Of a DNA stretch of 10,778 bases, positions 1-7,033 are shown piece by piece; position 1 is the stretch's first letter; every line of letters starts with the position of its first letter. The notes under the pieces are model-generated. The model was not told the DNA's origin and searched no databases. It saw nothing but the letters and a program-made list of their open reading frames with translations. The DNA comes from Myxococcota bacterium (GTDB lineage: Bacteria; Myxococcota; XYA12-FULL-58-9; JALHOP01), in the NCBI GenBank assembly GCA_041288095.1, contig JBGGMJ010000035.1:1-10778 (forward strand). The letters run 5' to 3'. The position numbers and the translations under genes were made by a program.

Positions 1-324
1 ACCGTCGGCAAGCGACACCGGGCGAATATCTTTCATGCCCTTGGGGCCCGTCGCGAGGTGCGTGAAGGCGACCAAATCGCTGCTGCTATAGAAGACAGTC
101 TCCCACTCGAGCTCACCGGCTGCCCCGCCTTTCTTGGGCGACACCTGAACGCCACCGACGATGAGGTCACCACCGATCTTGCTGACGAACGGGTCTTGTA
201 GACGGAGGCGTCCGAGACCCGCCGCCGGTTCCCACGTCTCGCCTCGGCGTTCGAAGAAGACGGTCTCGGTGTCGGTCTCGCTATGGCGCGACTCGTCACA
301 GCCGTCGTTGCACGGGCTCGCCGT
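1..324 (-). pseudogene. 5'-truncated DUF1861 / GT108 (MTP, beta-1,2-mannosyltransferase/phosphorylase-like) coding sequence; runs off the left edge
   Basis: Manual translation of a minus frame absent from the ORF track: ...ESRHSETDTETVFFERRGETWEPAAGLGRLRLQDPFVSKIGGDLIVGGVQVSPKKGGAAGELEWETVFYSSSDLVAFTHLATGPKGMKDIRPVSLADG. LQDPF (201..187), GGV, W-x-TVFY and GPxGMKDIR (48..22) match the DUF1861 pattern as I recall it. There is an in-frame TAG at 327..325 and no ATG/GTG/TTG before LQDPF. Confidence 0.8.
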
Positions 325-335
325 CTATGGCGCAA

Positions 336-1448
336 TCAACGAGGCGCGAGAGCTGCTGCCACGCGAGGAAGCGTGAAGCAGAACGTGCTGCCCTTGCCGA
401 CTGTGCTCTCGGCCCAGATCCGGCCGGCGTGGCTTTCGACGATACACTTGGAGATGAACAAGCCGAGACCGAGCCCGCGGCGATCATTCTTCGTGACTTG
501 CCAGAAGCGCTCGAAGATCGGTTCCAATTGGTCAGGCGCGATCCCTGCCCCGGTGTCCGTGACGGAGAAACAAACATCGGTGTCTGTCGCTTCGACTCGA
601 AGGGTGACGCGTCCACCTTTGTCGGTGAACTTGATGGCGTTGGCGAGCAGGTTGGCGAGCACTTGCAGGATGCGCCCATAGTCAAAGCTCGCGACTAGCG
701 AGCTGGCGGCAATACTCGCCTCGAGTGAAATGTCCTTACTGGCCGCGAGCGGCTCGAACGCATCTATCGAGTCTTGCACCAGCACCCGCACTTCGCTCGT
801 CGTGGGCACCGTGGCGAACTGGCCAGCCTCGATGCTCGCGACATCCACGAGGTCTCCGACGAGCCGGCTCGTGCGCGCGGTAAGCCGCTGAATCTTCCTC
901 GCCGCGTCGCGAGCTCGCCGGCCGGGCTCATCGTCGGCGGCTGTTTGGAGCTGCACCTCGGCAACCAGTGCGATCGCGCCAAGCAGGTTTCGTAGGTCGT
1001 GAGTGACCATACCCATGAAGTCGCTCGTCGCGACGGTGGTTGCATCGCCGCGCAAGCGCTCGACCAGGAGCGCTTCGTCCGTCCGTTCGCGCTCGTGACG
1101 AAGCAGGCCAGTGAGCGCCCGCACCCTATCGTCGCTTTCGTCCGTTACCCTGGCGTCAGCGGTGACGTGTTCCTTTTGTAACGTGAGATCCGCTGCCGCG
1201 CGTTCTTCGCGAAGTGCCCGACGCTGACCGCTCGTGGAGCCTTCCCGTTCGAGGATCTGGTCCGCTCGATCGCGTGCTTGCCCGAGGACTTCATCGGCCC
1301 GACCGCGTGCCCGCAAGACCACGGCGCTCGTCTCGTCCGCGCTCGCCTGACCAATATGCTCGTCGCTCTTCCTGCGCTCATGATGCAGGACGCGATCGGT
1401 CTCTCGACGTTCCTTGGGCAGCTTGTTCGGATCAGAGTCAGAAGGCAT
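336..1448 (-). CDS. Cytoplasmic sensor histidine kinase (coiled-coil N-terminus + HisKA + HATPase_c)
   Basis: H-box MVTHDLRNLL, N-box QVLANLLANAIKFT, G1 VTDTGAGI, F-box IFERFWQ, G2 GLGLGLFI; no transmembrane segment. ATG at 1448 (MPSDSDP) is preferred over 1490 because a GAGG lies about 9 nt upstream. Confidence 0.95.
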   Translation of the reverse strand: MPSDSDPNKLPKERRETDRVLHHERRKSDEHIGQASADETSAVVLRARGRADEVLGQARDRADQILEREGSTSGQRRALREERAAADLTLQKEHVTADARVTDESDDRVRALTGLLRHERERTDEALLVERLRGDATTVATSDFMGMVTHDLRNLLGAIALVAEVQLQTAADDEPGRRARDAARKIQRLTARTSRLVGDLVDVASIEAGQFATVPTTSEVRVLVQDSIDAFEPLAASKDISLEASIAASSLVASFDYGRILQVLANLLANAIKFTDKGGRVTLRVEATDTDVCFSVTDTGAGIAPDQLEPIFERFWQVTKNDRRGLGLGLFISKCIVESHAGRIWAESTVGKGSTFCFTLPRVAAALAPR

Positions 1449-1564
1449 GGGTCCAATCCTCGCGACGGCAGTCGGGCTCGACCGTACCACATGCCAGCTC
1501 GGACGGTGTCAGCCGCTCGGCGTGGGCCCCGTCCAAATGGACGGTATGCGACGCCGAGGCCCTT

Positions 1565-1573
1565 TGCTAACGT
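1565..1573 (+). promoter_or_regulatory. Putative extended -10 element TGcTAACGT, 9 nt upstream of ATG 1583
   Basis: TG-n-TANNNT match in the divergent intergenic region; no SD sequence before the start codon. Confidence 0.35.
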
Positions 1574-1582
1574 CCCTGAGCA

Positions 1583-3943
1583 ATGGCTTACCCAAGGACT
1601 ACCTGCCTTTTTGCGCTCCTCGCCCTCACTGCTTGCTCCAAGGACGACCCGCCCGGCGATCCCAATGGCGGGATCGTGCGGCTCGAGGTCGCTCCCAATG
1701 CGCTTTTGCTCGTGCACCCGGGTGAACAGCAGGTACTGACCGTTATCGCGTACGACGAAGCCGATCAGCGGGTGGAGTCCGACCTACCCATCACCTGGAC
1801 CTCGACACACCCCGAGGTGGTCGCGGTGTCTGATGTGGGTGAAGTGATAGCCGCCGATCTCATTGGTTCGTCGCAAATCGTCGCACATGTGGGGACCATC
1901 GACGCCGCGCCGGTAACGGTCGCGGTGGTGCGCGCGGTTCCCGAAGCAGTGATGGTGACTGACGCGCAGATCGACGGCCCCATTCGCCCGACCGGTGGCC
2001 GGAACTTCGACGTCACACTGCGTGACGTCACCGGTTTGTCCGCTGGAGCGGTCGTCTTGTCGCGAGAAGCGATTCCGCTAGCCGGTCGCGTGCTTGCGAT
2101 AGTGGATGCTGGTGGGGGCCTCACGAATGTCTCCTTGGTCGCGGTGAATCTCAACGAAGCGTTCACCGCCCTGAAGATCGATGAAAGCTACACCGTCCCC
2201 TCGGGCCCCTTCGCGACCGTGGCAGCGGCACCGCGCGACCGTGGTGGTCCGCTGCGACAAGCACTAGAAACCGAGTTCCATTACGGGCTGTTCGAGTGTG
2301 AAGCGAGCGCCGAGCCACAAATCGAGCTCTCGCTACCGCTCAAGGTGGCGTTCGAGCCCACCATCGACATCGATTGGGCACTCGATCTCCAGGACGGCGA
2401 GCTCGCGCATCACCGCATGGTGGCCAAAGGTGGATTCGCGCTCGCTCCCTCGGGCGTGTTCGAGACCACCGCGGCGTTTACCGCCGAGCTGACCTGCGAG
2501 CTCGAGATCTTCAAGTTCGTGATCCCCATCGGCGGCGCGGTCGCGTTTTTCATCGCGCCGACGGTGCCGCTTGGCGTCGGTTTCAAGATCGAGGGCGCTT
2601 TCGAGCTCGCGCAAGCGCGCTTCGGTGTCGAGGGCAAGCTCGGCGCGACGGTGAGTGCCGGCTACGACTACACACCCGAGGCTGGCCTGACGATGGTGCG
2701 CACCTTCGAGCCCATCAACGAGTTCTCTCCCATCGTCGAGTGGCCCGGGAGCCTCACCGAAGACTTGCGCCTCAAGTTCGCGGCCCAGCTCTTCGGCTTC
2801 GCCAAGCTCGCGGTCGACGTCTTCCCGACGTTGCCTGGCGATCTGAGCTTCGAAGTCCTCGAAATCACCGCCGGCCCCGAGCTCGAGTTCGACTACGGCA
2901 CCGAGTCCGCTCAAGCGACCGACAGCGCCTACGCGTCGGCCTATGGCGCAAAGCTCAAGGCGACCGCGGGGCTCGGCAGCAGCATCACCGACGTGCTCGA
3001 GGTTTTGGGTGGCGCGGTGGCCTTCACGCCGCCGGAGGTTACCTATGAGCTGGCACTTGCCGCGTCGCCGACCGGCGCGTTGTCCGCTTCAGCGCAAACC
3101 GTCGAGACCAACGAAACGGTTACCTTCACGGTCAACATCGCCGACGGTCAAACCTTCTTCGGCGTGCCAAACGTCGCTTCGGTGAGCGTGCACGAGCTCT
3201 TTCCCAACGGCAGCTTGGCTCAGATCAGCGAGACCCTCGGCGTCTTCGGGCAGACGTCGTACCAGCTGCAGTGGGTCCCTGAAGAGAGCGAGACCGGCAA
3301 CCACACATTCGTGGCCTTCGTGCGCCCCGAGGTGCTCGGGGTCGAAGCGTTACCGCGCTTCGAAGTTGCCCCCAACAGTAGGTTGAGCGTCAACGTCCAC
3401 AACCCCGGCCAACAGCCGGCGGAATTCGTGAGCGGCGTCTACTCTTTCCAATACTCGCCCAGTGGTGACTGCAATAGCGGATACGACACGCCGATGACGT
3501 TTTTCCCCAACGGCGCGGTCACCGGCAGCATCAGCAGCTACGGCCAGTGCTTCAACGCTGCCGAGCAGGGCTTCCGCCACCCCATCGGCTCATGGATCGT
3601 CGACAACGGTCCTTCCACGGTGTTCATCGACTTCTGCGCCTGGACCAGCAACGCCGCGCCGGCGCACAGCGTGCAGCTGACGTACAACGCCGCGACCAGT
3701 CGGTGGGAAGGCGACTACAGCGAGTACCAGCCCGGATGGAAGGCGTGCCTCGCGCAGATCTACCCCGGATACTATCCGGGCTGCGTCGCGGGCAGCACCT
3801 GCGTCACGGTCAGCGATGCGACGTGCCAGGGCGAGCCCGTTCCGTCGTTCATCTTGCAGTGCATCAACAGCGACTGTTGCACCGAGGAGTGCCCAACCGG
3901 CGGGCCGCCGCCCTGGCATGAAGTGCCGCTGGATTGCTACTGA
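1583..3943 (+). CDS. Large lipoprotein: N-terminal Ig-like (Big_2-type) domain, beta-rich core, Cys-rich C-terminal domain
   Basis: 786-aa ORF with high GC3. Signal peptide II with lipobox LTA-C18. Ig-like signature QVLTVIAYD...ITWTSTHPEVVAVSDVGEVIA...GSSQIVA. 12 Cys in the last 157 aa. Confidence 0.88.
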   Translation: MAYPRTTCLFALLALTACSKDDPPGDPNGGIVRLEVAPNALLLVHPGEQQVLTVIAYDEADQRVESDLPITWTSTHPEVVAVSDVGEVIAADLIGSSQIVAHVGTIDAAPVTVAVVRAVPEAVMVTDAQIDGPIRPTGGRNFDVTLRDVTGLSAGAVVLSREAIPLAGRVLAIVDAGGGLTNVSLVAVNLNEAFTALKIDESYTVPSGPFATVAAAPRDRGGPLRQALETEFHYGLFECEASAEPQIELSLPLKVAFEPTIDIDWALDLQDGELAHHRMVAKGGFALAPSGVFETTAAFTAELTCELEIFKFVIPIGGAVAFFIAPTVPLGVGFKIEGAFELAQARFGVEGKLGATVSAGYDYTPEAGLTMVRTFEPINEFSPIVEWPGSLTEDLRLKFAAQLFGFAKLAVDVFPTLPGDLSFEVLEITAGPELEFDYGTESAQATDSAYASAYGAKLKATAGLGSSITDVLEVLGGAVAFTPPEVTYELALAASPTGALSASAQTVETNETVTFTVNIADGQTFFGVPNVASVSVHELFPNGSLAQISETLGVFGQTSYQLQWVPEESETGNHTFVAFVRPEVLGVEALPRFEVAPNSRLSVNVHNPGQQPAEFVSGVYSFQYSPSGDCNSGYDTPMTFFPNGAVTGSISSYGQCFNAAEQGFRHPIGSWIVDNGPSTVFIDFCAWTSNAAPAHSVQLTYNAATSRWEGDYSEYQPGWKACLAQIYPGYYPGCVAGSTCVTVSDATCQGEPVPSFILQCINSDCCTEECPTGGPPPWHEVPLDCY

Positions 3944-4001
3944 CGGTCAGATAGCGCGCCCGGACGGTAACAAATCGAACATTGCGGTCGCTCCTTGGTT
4001 G

Positions 4002-4007
4002 TATACT
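4002..4007 (+). promoter_or_regulatory. Putative -10 element TATACT, 7 nt upstream of GTG 4015
   Basis: 5/6 match to TATAAT in an AT-richer intergenic stretch; the spacing places +1 at or next to the start codon. Confidence 0.45.
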
Positions 4008-4014
4008 CTCGGAC

Positions 4015-5412
4015 GTGCGGACGACGTCCACGCTGGCGTTTGTGGCGAGCTTGCTGCTCGCCGAAGCTTCTCTGGCGCAGGCTCCCGACCTTGTGCGGGA
4101 TAGCGGCCCAAGCGCGAATCGCATGGATATCGTGGTCCTCGGTGACGGCTACACCGCTGGGGAGATGACCAAGCTGCACGACGATGCGGTCGCGTTGCTC
4201 GATGTCTTGTTCACCATCGAGCCGTACGCCGATCACGCGCCATTCTTCAATGCCACCGTCGTCTACACGGTTTCGAACGAGGCAGGAGCCGACCATCCCG
4301 AGGCGCTTCCCGCGCCCATCGTCCGCGACACCGCCTTCGACGCCTACTACGAGTGCGCGCCCGGGCGACCCGACCTCCTCTGTGCAAACGTCGGGGAGGT
4401 GCTCACCGCCGCGCTCGCCGCTGTTCCCACCCTCGACGTCGTGTTGCTCGTAGTCAACGACGACGCGTACGGCGGATCGGGCGGCTCTCTCCTGACCGTT
4501 TCACGCAACGTCGCGACGTATCCCGAGATCGGAGACCTGATGGCGCACGAGCTTGGGCATATCCTTGCCGGGCTCGCGGACGAGTATCAGACCCCGTACC
4601 CCTCGTATCCGCCATGCAGCGCGGCGGTCGATTGCTACGAGCCCAACGTCACCTTGCGAGACACGCTCGCTGACATCAAATGGCTCCATTGGATCGATGA
4701 GCCCGTACCGCTGCCGACGCCGGTGACGTCGCCATACCTCGACGTGGTGGGTCTGTTCGAAGGCGCGCGTTATCTGGACAGCGACATCTATCGACCCGCG
4801 GCCGACTGCGCCATGCGGACCCCTGGCTCACCGTTCTGCCCGGTGTGTAGCGAGGCGCTCATCTTGTCGTTCTACGACAAGGTCACGCCGATCGACGCAC
4901 AGAGCCCGGAGCCGAGCTTCGCCATGGTGGTTGGTGACGAGCGCACGCTGGAAGTGGCCGCACCGCAACGGACAAGCGGCCCCTTGAGCGTCACCTGGAC
5001 GATCGGCACCGACGAGCAAGCTGCGTCGACCACGACGCTACTGGTGCGCGCCGCCGACCTCGGTGTCGGCGAGCATACGGTCACGGCTCGCGTCTACGAT
5101 GACACCGCGAAGGTCCGTCTCGACCCCAGCGGCGCATTGTCGGCAACCGCCGCTTGGGCGATCGAGATCACCGCGGCTCCTGGTGAGCCCGATGGCGGGC
5201 CCGACGGGGGGCCCGAACCGGACGGTGGACCAGAGCCGACGCCCGACGAGGGACCATCGCCCTCGGATGACCACGACCCGAACAGTGGAGACACCGATGA
5301 ACCCAACGCTGATGAGAGCGACGGCTGCAACGCGACCGCGCGCGGTTCGCCGCTGCTCGTGCTCATCGCTTTGCTCGGCGCCCGGATCGTAACGAGTCGA
5401 GCATCGCGCTAG
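4015..5412 (+). CDS. Secreted M64-family (IgA peptidase-like) zinc metallopeptidase with C-terminal Ig-like domain, acidic Pro/Gly linker and MYXO-CTERM-like tail
   Basis: GPSANRMDIVVLGDGYT, YGGSG, HELGHILAGLADEY (4546-4587), EPNVT, GLFEGARY...YRP...CAMR...FCPVC are M64 hallmarks. Signal peptide from GTG 4015 (MRTTSTLAFVASLLLAEASLA); the ORF track start is 3982. The C-terminus is GC + hydrophobic stretch + Arg-rich end. Confidence 0.92.
   Translation: MRTTSTLAFVASLLLAEASLAQAPDLVRDSGPSANRMDIVVLGDGYTAGEMTKLHDDAVALLDVLFTIEPYADHAPFFNATVVYTVSNEAGADHPEALPAPIVRDTAFDAYYECAPGRPDLLCANVGEVLTAALAAVPTLDVVLLVVNDDAYGGSGGSLLTVSRNVATYPEIGDLMAHELGHILAGLADEYQTPYPSYPPCSAAVDCYEPNVTLRDTLADIKWLHWIDEPVPLPTPVTSPYLDVVGLFEGARYLDSDIYRPAADCAMRTPGSPFCPVCSEALILSFYDKVTPIDAQSPEPSFAMVVGDERTLEVAAPQRTSGPLSVTWTIGTDEQAASTTTLLVRAADLGVGEHTVTARVYDDTAKVRLDPSGALSATAAWAIEITAAPGEPDGGPDGGPEPDGGPEPTPDEGPSPSDDHDPNSGDTDEPNADESDGCNATARGSPLLVLIALLGARIVTSRASR
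5182..5256 (+). repeat. Degenerate coding tandem repeats (GEPDGG-PDGG-PEPDGG-PEPTPDEGP) in the peptidase stalk
   Basis: Repeated PDGG/PEP units with synonymous codon divergence. Confidence 0.6.
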
Positions 5413-5424
5413 ACTGCTCGCGCA

Positions 5425-7023
5425 ATGAAATACGCTTCGACTGTCGTCGCTCTCTTGCTGAGCTCCTCCAGTGTTGCGCGCGCCTACACGGTGACTGTCA
5501 CCGATTTCACGGACGATGTAGCGGCTGGCCCGCCATGCTCGGTGCGGGAGGCGCTCGACGAGGTTTCGGCGGTGGCGAACGGCTGCGTGCTCGAAGGAAT
5601 CGCCGAAGAGCCATACGTCGTGGTGCTCCCCGCGGGGCCCTACCTCATCGACGGTGGGACACTCACCGTTTCCAACAAGGAGCTGCGCGGCGCTGGGTCG
5701 GGAAGGAGCGTCTTGCGCTTGGGCCTCGACAATTCGTGGCTCATCACCATCGCGGGCACCAGCACCCTGCGGGGAATGACGCTATTGTGGACCGGAGAAG
5801 GCGTTCTCGCGAGCGCCGTGATTGCCACGGGCGCCTCCGCGCAAGGGTTGCTCACCGACGTCGACATTCGTGGGTTCCAGCTAACGTCCAACAGCGCGGC
5901 CAACGGTGGCGGCTCCGCGATCACTGCAGCCAGTGGTGCGACCGTGACGATGCGTGGGGGACGTATCGTCGGTTGTCATGGCCACGGCTGGGCGGCTGTT
6001 GCGTTCAGCAACGGACATGTCGCGATCGAGGATACCGTTTTCGAGGGCAATCGAACGCAGCGTGGCGTGGTCGCTGGCATTGGCGGGACGAGTCGCGTTG
6101 ACGTGACCCGATCAGTGTTCCGCGATGGCGTACACGACTTCAACACCTACGCAGCGGTCTACGGCAACGTCGGGGTCCGCGACAGTCTCTTCGCGAACAA
6201 TCTCGTCTTGGGGCACCCGTTCGTGGACGGTGGCGAAGTGACGATCTTGAGCTCGACCTTCGTCGGGAACTCCGTCTTTCCCAGCCGGCTCATCAACGAT
6301 GGCGTGCTGGAGAACGTCACTGTGGTGGGCAACGCGGTAGGTGCCGGCACGGGAGCCGTGGGCAACATGTCCGTGCGCTCGTCCGTCATCGCAGACAATC
6401 TGCCGGCCGACATCGGGGACTTCATGAGCGGCGGGTTCAACGTCATCGGAACCTTCGTGGGCACGACCGGGCCACTCACCAGTGATCAGGTCGGCGTCGC
6501 TGCCGGACTGTTGCCGTTCGACGGCAAGGTCGTGCCACTCGCCGGGGATAGCCCGGCTCGCGACGCCGCCGATTGTGCCTCGCTCATCCTCGGCGGACCG
6601 AGCACGACGGATCAGCTTGGCGCTGGACGCCCTTGGGGCGCCGGCTGCGATGCGGGCGCCGCGGAGTTTCGCTCGACACCTCTCCTCGTCGCGGTGACCC
6701 CAGCGGCCGCGGGTGTCTGTGACTCCGAGGGCTGGGCGGTCGCTGCCGGGCTCGACGACGACGGCAGCGGCGTGCTCGATGCAGGGGAAGTCGACGTCGC
6801 GCCGGACCCTATCTGCGCGCAGGTCTGCGCCACGTGCGAAACCTGCGTTGCTTGTCCCGAGCCAGAGGAGTGCCCGCCGGCTGGCGGCGACTCCGCCGAC
6901 GGCAGCTCCTCGGGTGACGGTTGCAGCGGGACGGGCGGGGCGCTCAGCCTGTGGCCGGTGTTGCTGCTGGCGCTCGCCGCATCGATGCGGGCGGCGCTAG
7001 CGAGACACCGCAAGGGGGGATAG
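5425..7023 (+). CDS. CSLREA-like / choice-of-anchor Q beta-helix surface protein with Ca-binding-type loop, Cys-rich stalk and MYXO-CTERM-like tail
   Basis: Signal peptide ending ARA; VTDFTDD...CSVREAL (CSLREA variant); FxxN repeats (FEGN, FANN, FVGN); SPARDAA...TTDQLGAGRPWGAGCDAGAAE (choice-of-anchor Q pattern); GLDDDGSGVLDAGEVD; GCS + hydrophobic helix + RHRK. Confidence 0.88.
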   Translation: MKYASTVVALLLSSSSVARAYTVTVTDFTDDVAAGPPCSVREALDEVSAVANGCVLEGIAEEPYVVVLPAGPYLIDGGTLTVSNKELRGAGSGRSVLRLGLDNSWLITIAGTSTLRGMTLLWTGEGVLASAVIATGASAQGLLTDVDIRGFQLTSNSAANGGGSAITAASGATVTMRGGRIVGCHGHGWAAVAFSNGHVAIEDTVFEGNRTQRGVVAGIGGTSRVDVTRSVFRDGVHDFNTYAAVYGNVGVRDSLFANNLVLGHPFVDGGEVTILSSTFVGNSVFPSRLINDGVLENVTVVGNAVGAGTGAVGNMSVRSSVIADNLPADIGDFMSGGFNVIGTFVGTTGPLTSDQVGVAAGLLPFDGKVVPLAGDSPARDAADCASLILGGPSTTDQLGAGRPWGAGCDAGAAEFRSTPLLVAVTPAAAGVCDSEGWAVAAGLDDDGSGVLDAGEVDVAPDPICAQVCATCETCVACPEPEECPPAGGDSADGSSSGDGCSGTGGALSLWPVLLLALAASMRAALARHRKGG

Positions 7024-7033
7024 AGGACGGGCC

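Noticed and set aside
33-335. 100-aa minus-strand ORF from the track
   Set aside because: Arg/Ser-rich off-frame translation; the coding signal lies in the neighbouring DUF1861-like frame.
1481-1570. Sigma-54 promoter (TGGCA on the minus strand, TTGC on the plus strand)
   Set aside because: Neither half-site has a partner at the required GG-N10-GC spacing.
1145-1739. Several ORFs spanning the divergent intergenic region
   Set aside because: They overlap two well-supported genes and have no protein-like features.
2333-3048. Overlapping 193-aa (-) and 224-aa (+) ORFs
   Set aside because: Alternative frames inside the 786-aa lipoprotein with shadow-like composition.
5182-5256. Short repeats as a CRISPR array or DNA-level repeat element
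   Set aside because: Conserved only at the amino-acid level, in frame, with no spacer structure.
6814-6873. CxxC ladder as a ferredoxin or heme c site
   Set aside because: No CxxCH, the spacing does not fit CxxCxxCxxxCP, and it lies in an exported protein's stalk.
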